This document shows positions 63,693 to 64,000 of a stretch of DNA of 64,000 bases, in pieces. Both the position numbers and the translations under genes were made by a program. The notes under the pieces were generated by a model. That model made no database searches. It was not told the origin of the DNA and saw only the letters and a program-made list of their open reading frames with translations. Numbering within the stretch: the stretch's first letter is position 1; the number at the start of each line of letters is the position of its first letter. The stretch spans positions 96,001-160,000 of the forward strand of contig CBDBHR010000023.1 of the NCBI GenBank assembly GCA_965205865.1. Reading direction: 5' to 3'. This DNA comes from a bacterium (lineage in GTDB: Bacteria > SAR324 > NAC60-12).

Positions 63693-64000
63693 TCAACGTA
63701 ATGCGCCCCCGCCTGGTGGAAGCCCTGAGGCCGCATCCTTGAGCATAATGGGCAGGGTATAATTTTTATTATTGGACATGAGAATCAAGGCAGCCAGGAA
63801 TTCATTCCACGAATTGATAAAGGCAAAGATGGCCACAGTGATGATCCCTGGGCGCACCGGGATCACCATCACCCGCCAAAACATTTCGAAGGAATTGCAA
63901 CCATCCATCAAGGCCGCATCCTCGATCTCGCGGGAAATGGCGTCAAACGTATTGCGCATCACGAAGACCCCAAAGGGCAGTTGCCAGGTGATGTAGACCA
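63693..64000 (-). CDS. Carbohydrate ABC permease (partial; runs off the window, 3' end looks truncated)
   Basis: EIEDAALMDG..PGIITVAIFAFINSWNEF. Confidence 0.85.
   Translation of the reverse strand, partial: VYITWQLPFGVFVMRNTFDAISREIEDAALMDGCNSFEMFWRVMVIPVRPGIITVAIFAFINSWNEFLAALILMSNNKNYTLPIMLKDAASGLPPGGGALR

Overview
Window from a Gram-negative bacterial genome (lpxB present). Housekeeping genes flank it: uvrC and recO at the left; lpxB, fadAB, selD, moaE, guaA, gcvH, glycerate kinase and a folM-folX/folB-folK pterin cluster at the right. Between about 3.3 and 43.6 kb is a heavily rearranged accessory region built from repeated peptide/nickel-type (family 5) ABC modules (binding protein + DppB + DppC, intact and fragmented, with no ATPase gene). 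These are interleaved with toxin-antitoxin pairs, Rpn/PD-(D/E)XK-type genes, an IS1380, an RT-deleted group II intron, several MITE/REP-like repeat families and integrase-less attC-like sites. The most striking feature is a BlaI-family repressor followed by a 940-aa protein that fuses a BlaR1/M56 zinc-protease domain to a complete family-5 ABC substrate-binding domain, directly upstream of a permease. This is a candidate ligand-sensing proteolytic switch built from a transporter receptor. Two selenoproteins that the ORF track truncates (SelD and a UxC peroxiredoxin-like protein) share the same SECIS-like loop. All assignments come from motif recognition by eye; no searches were run.
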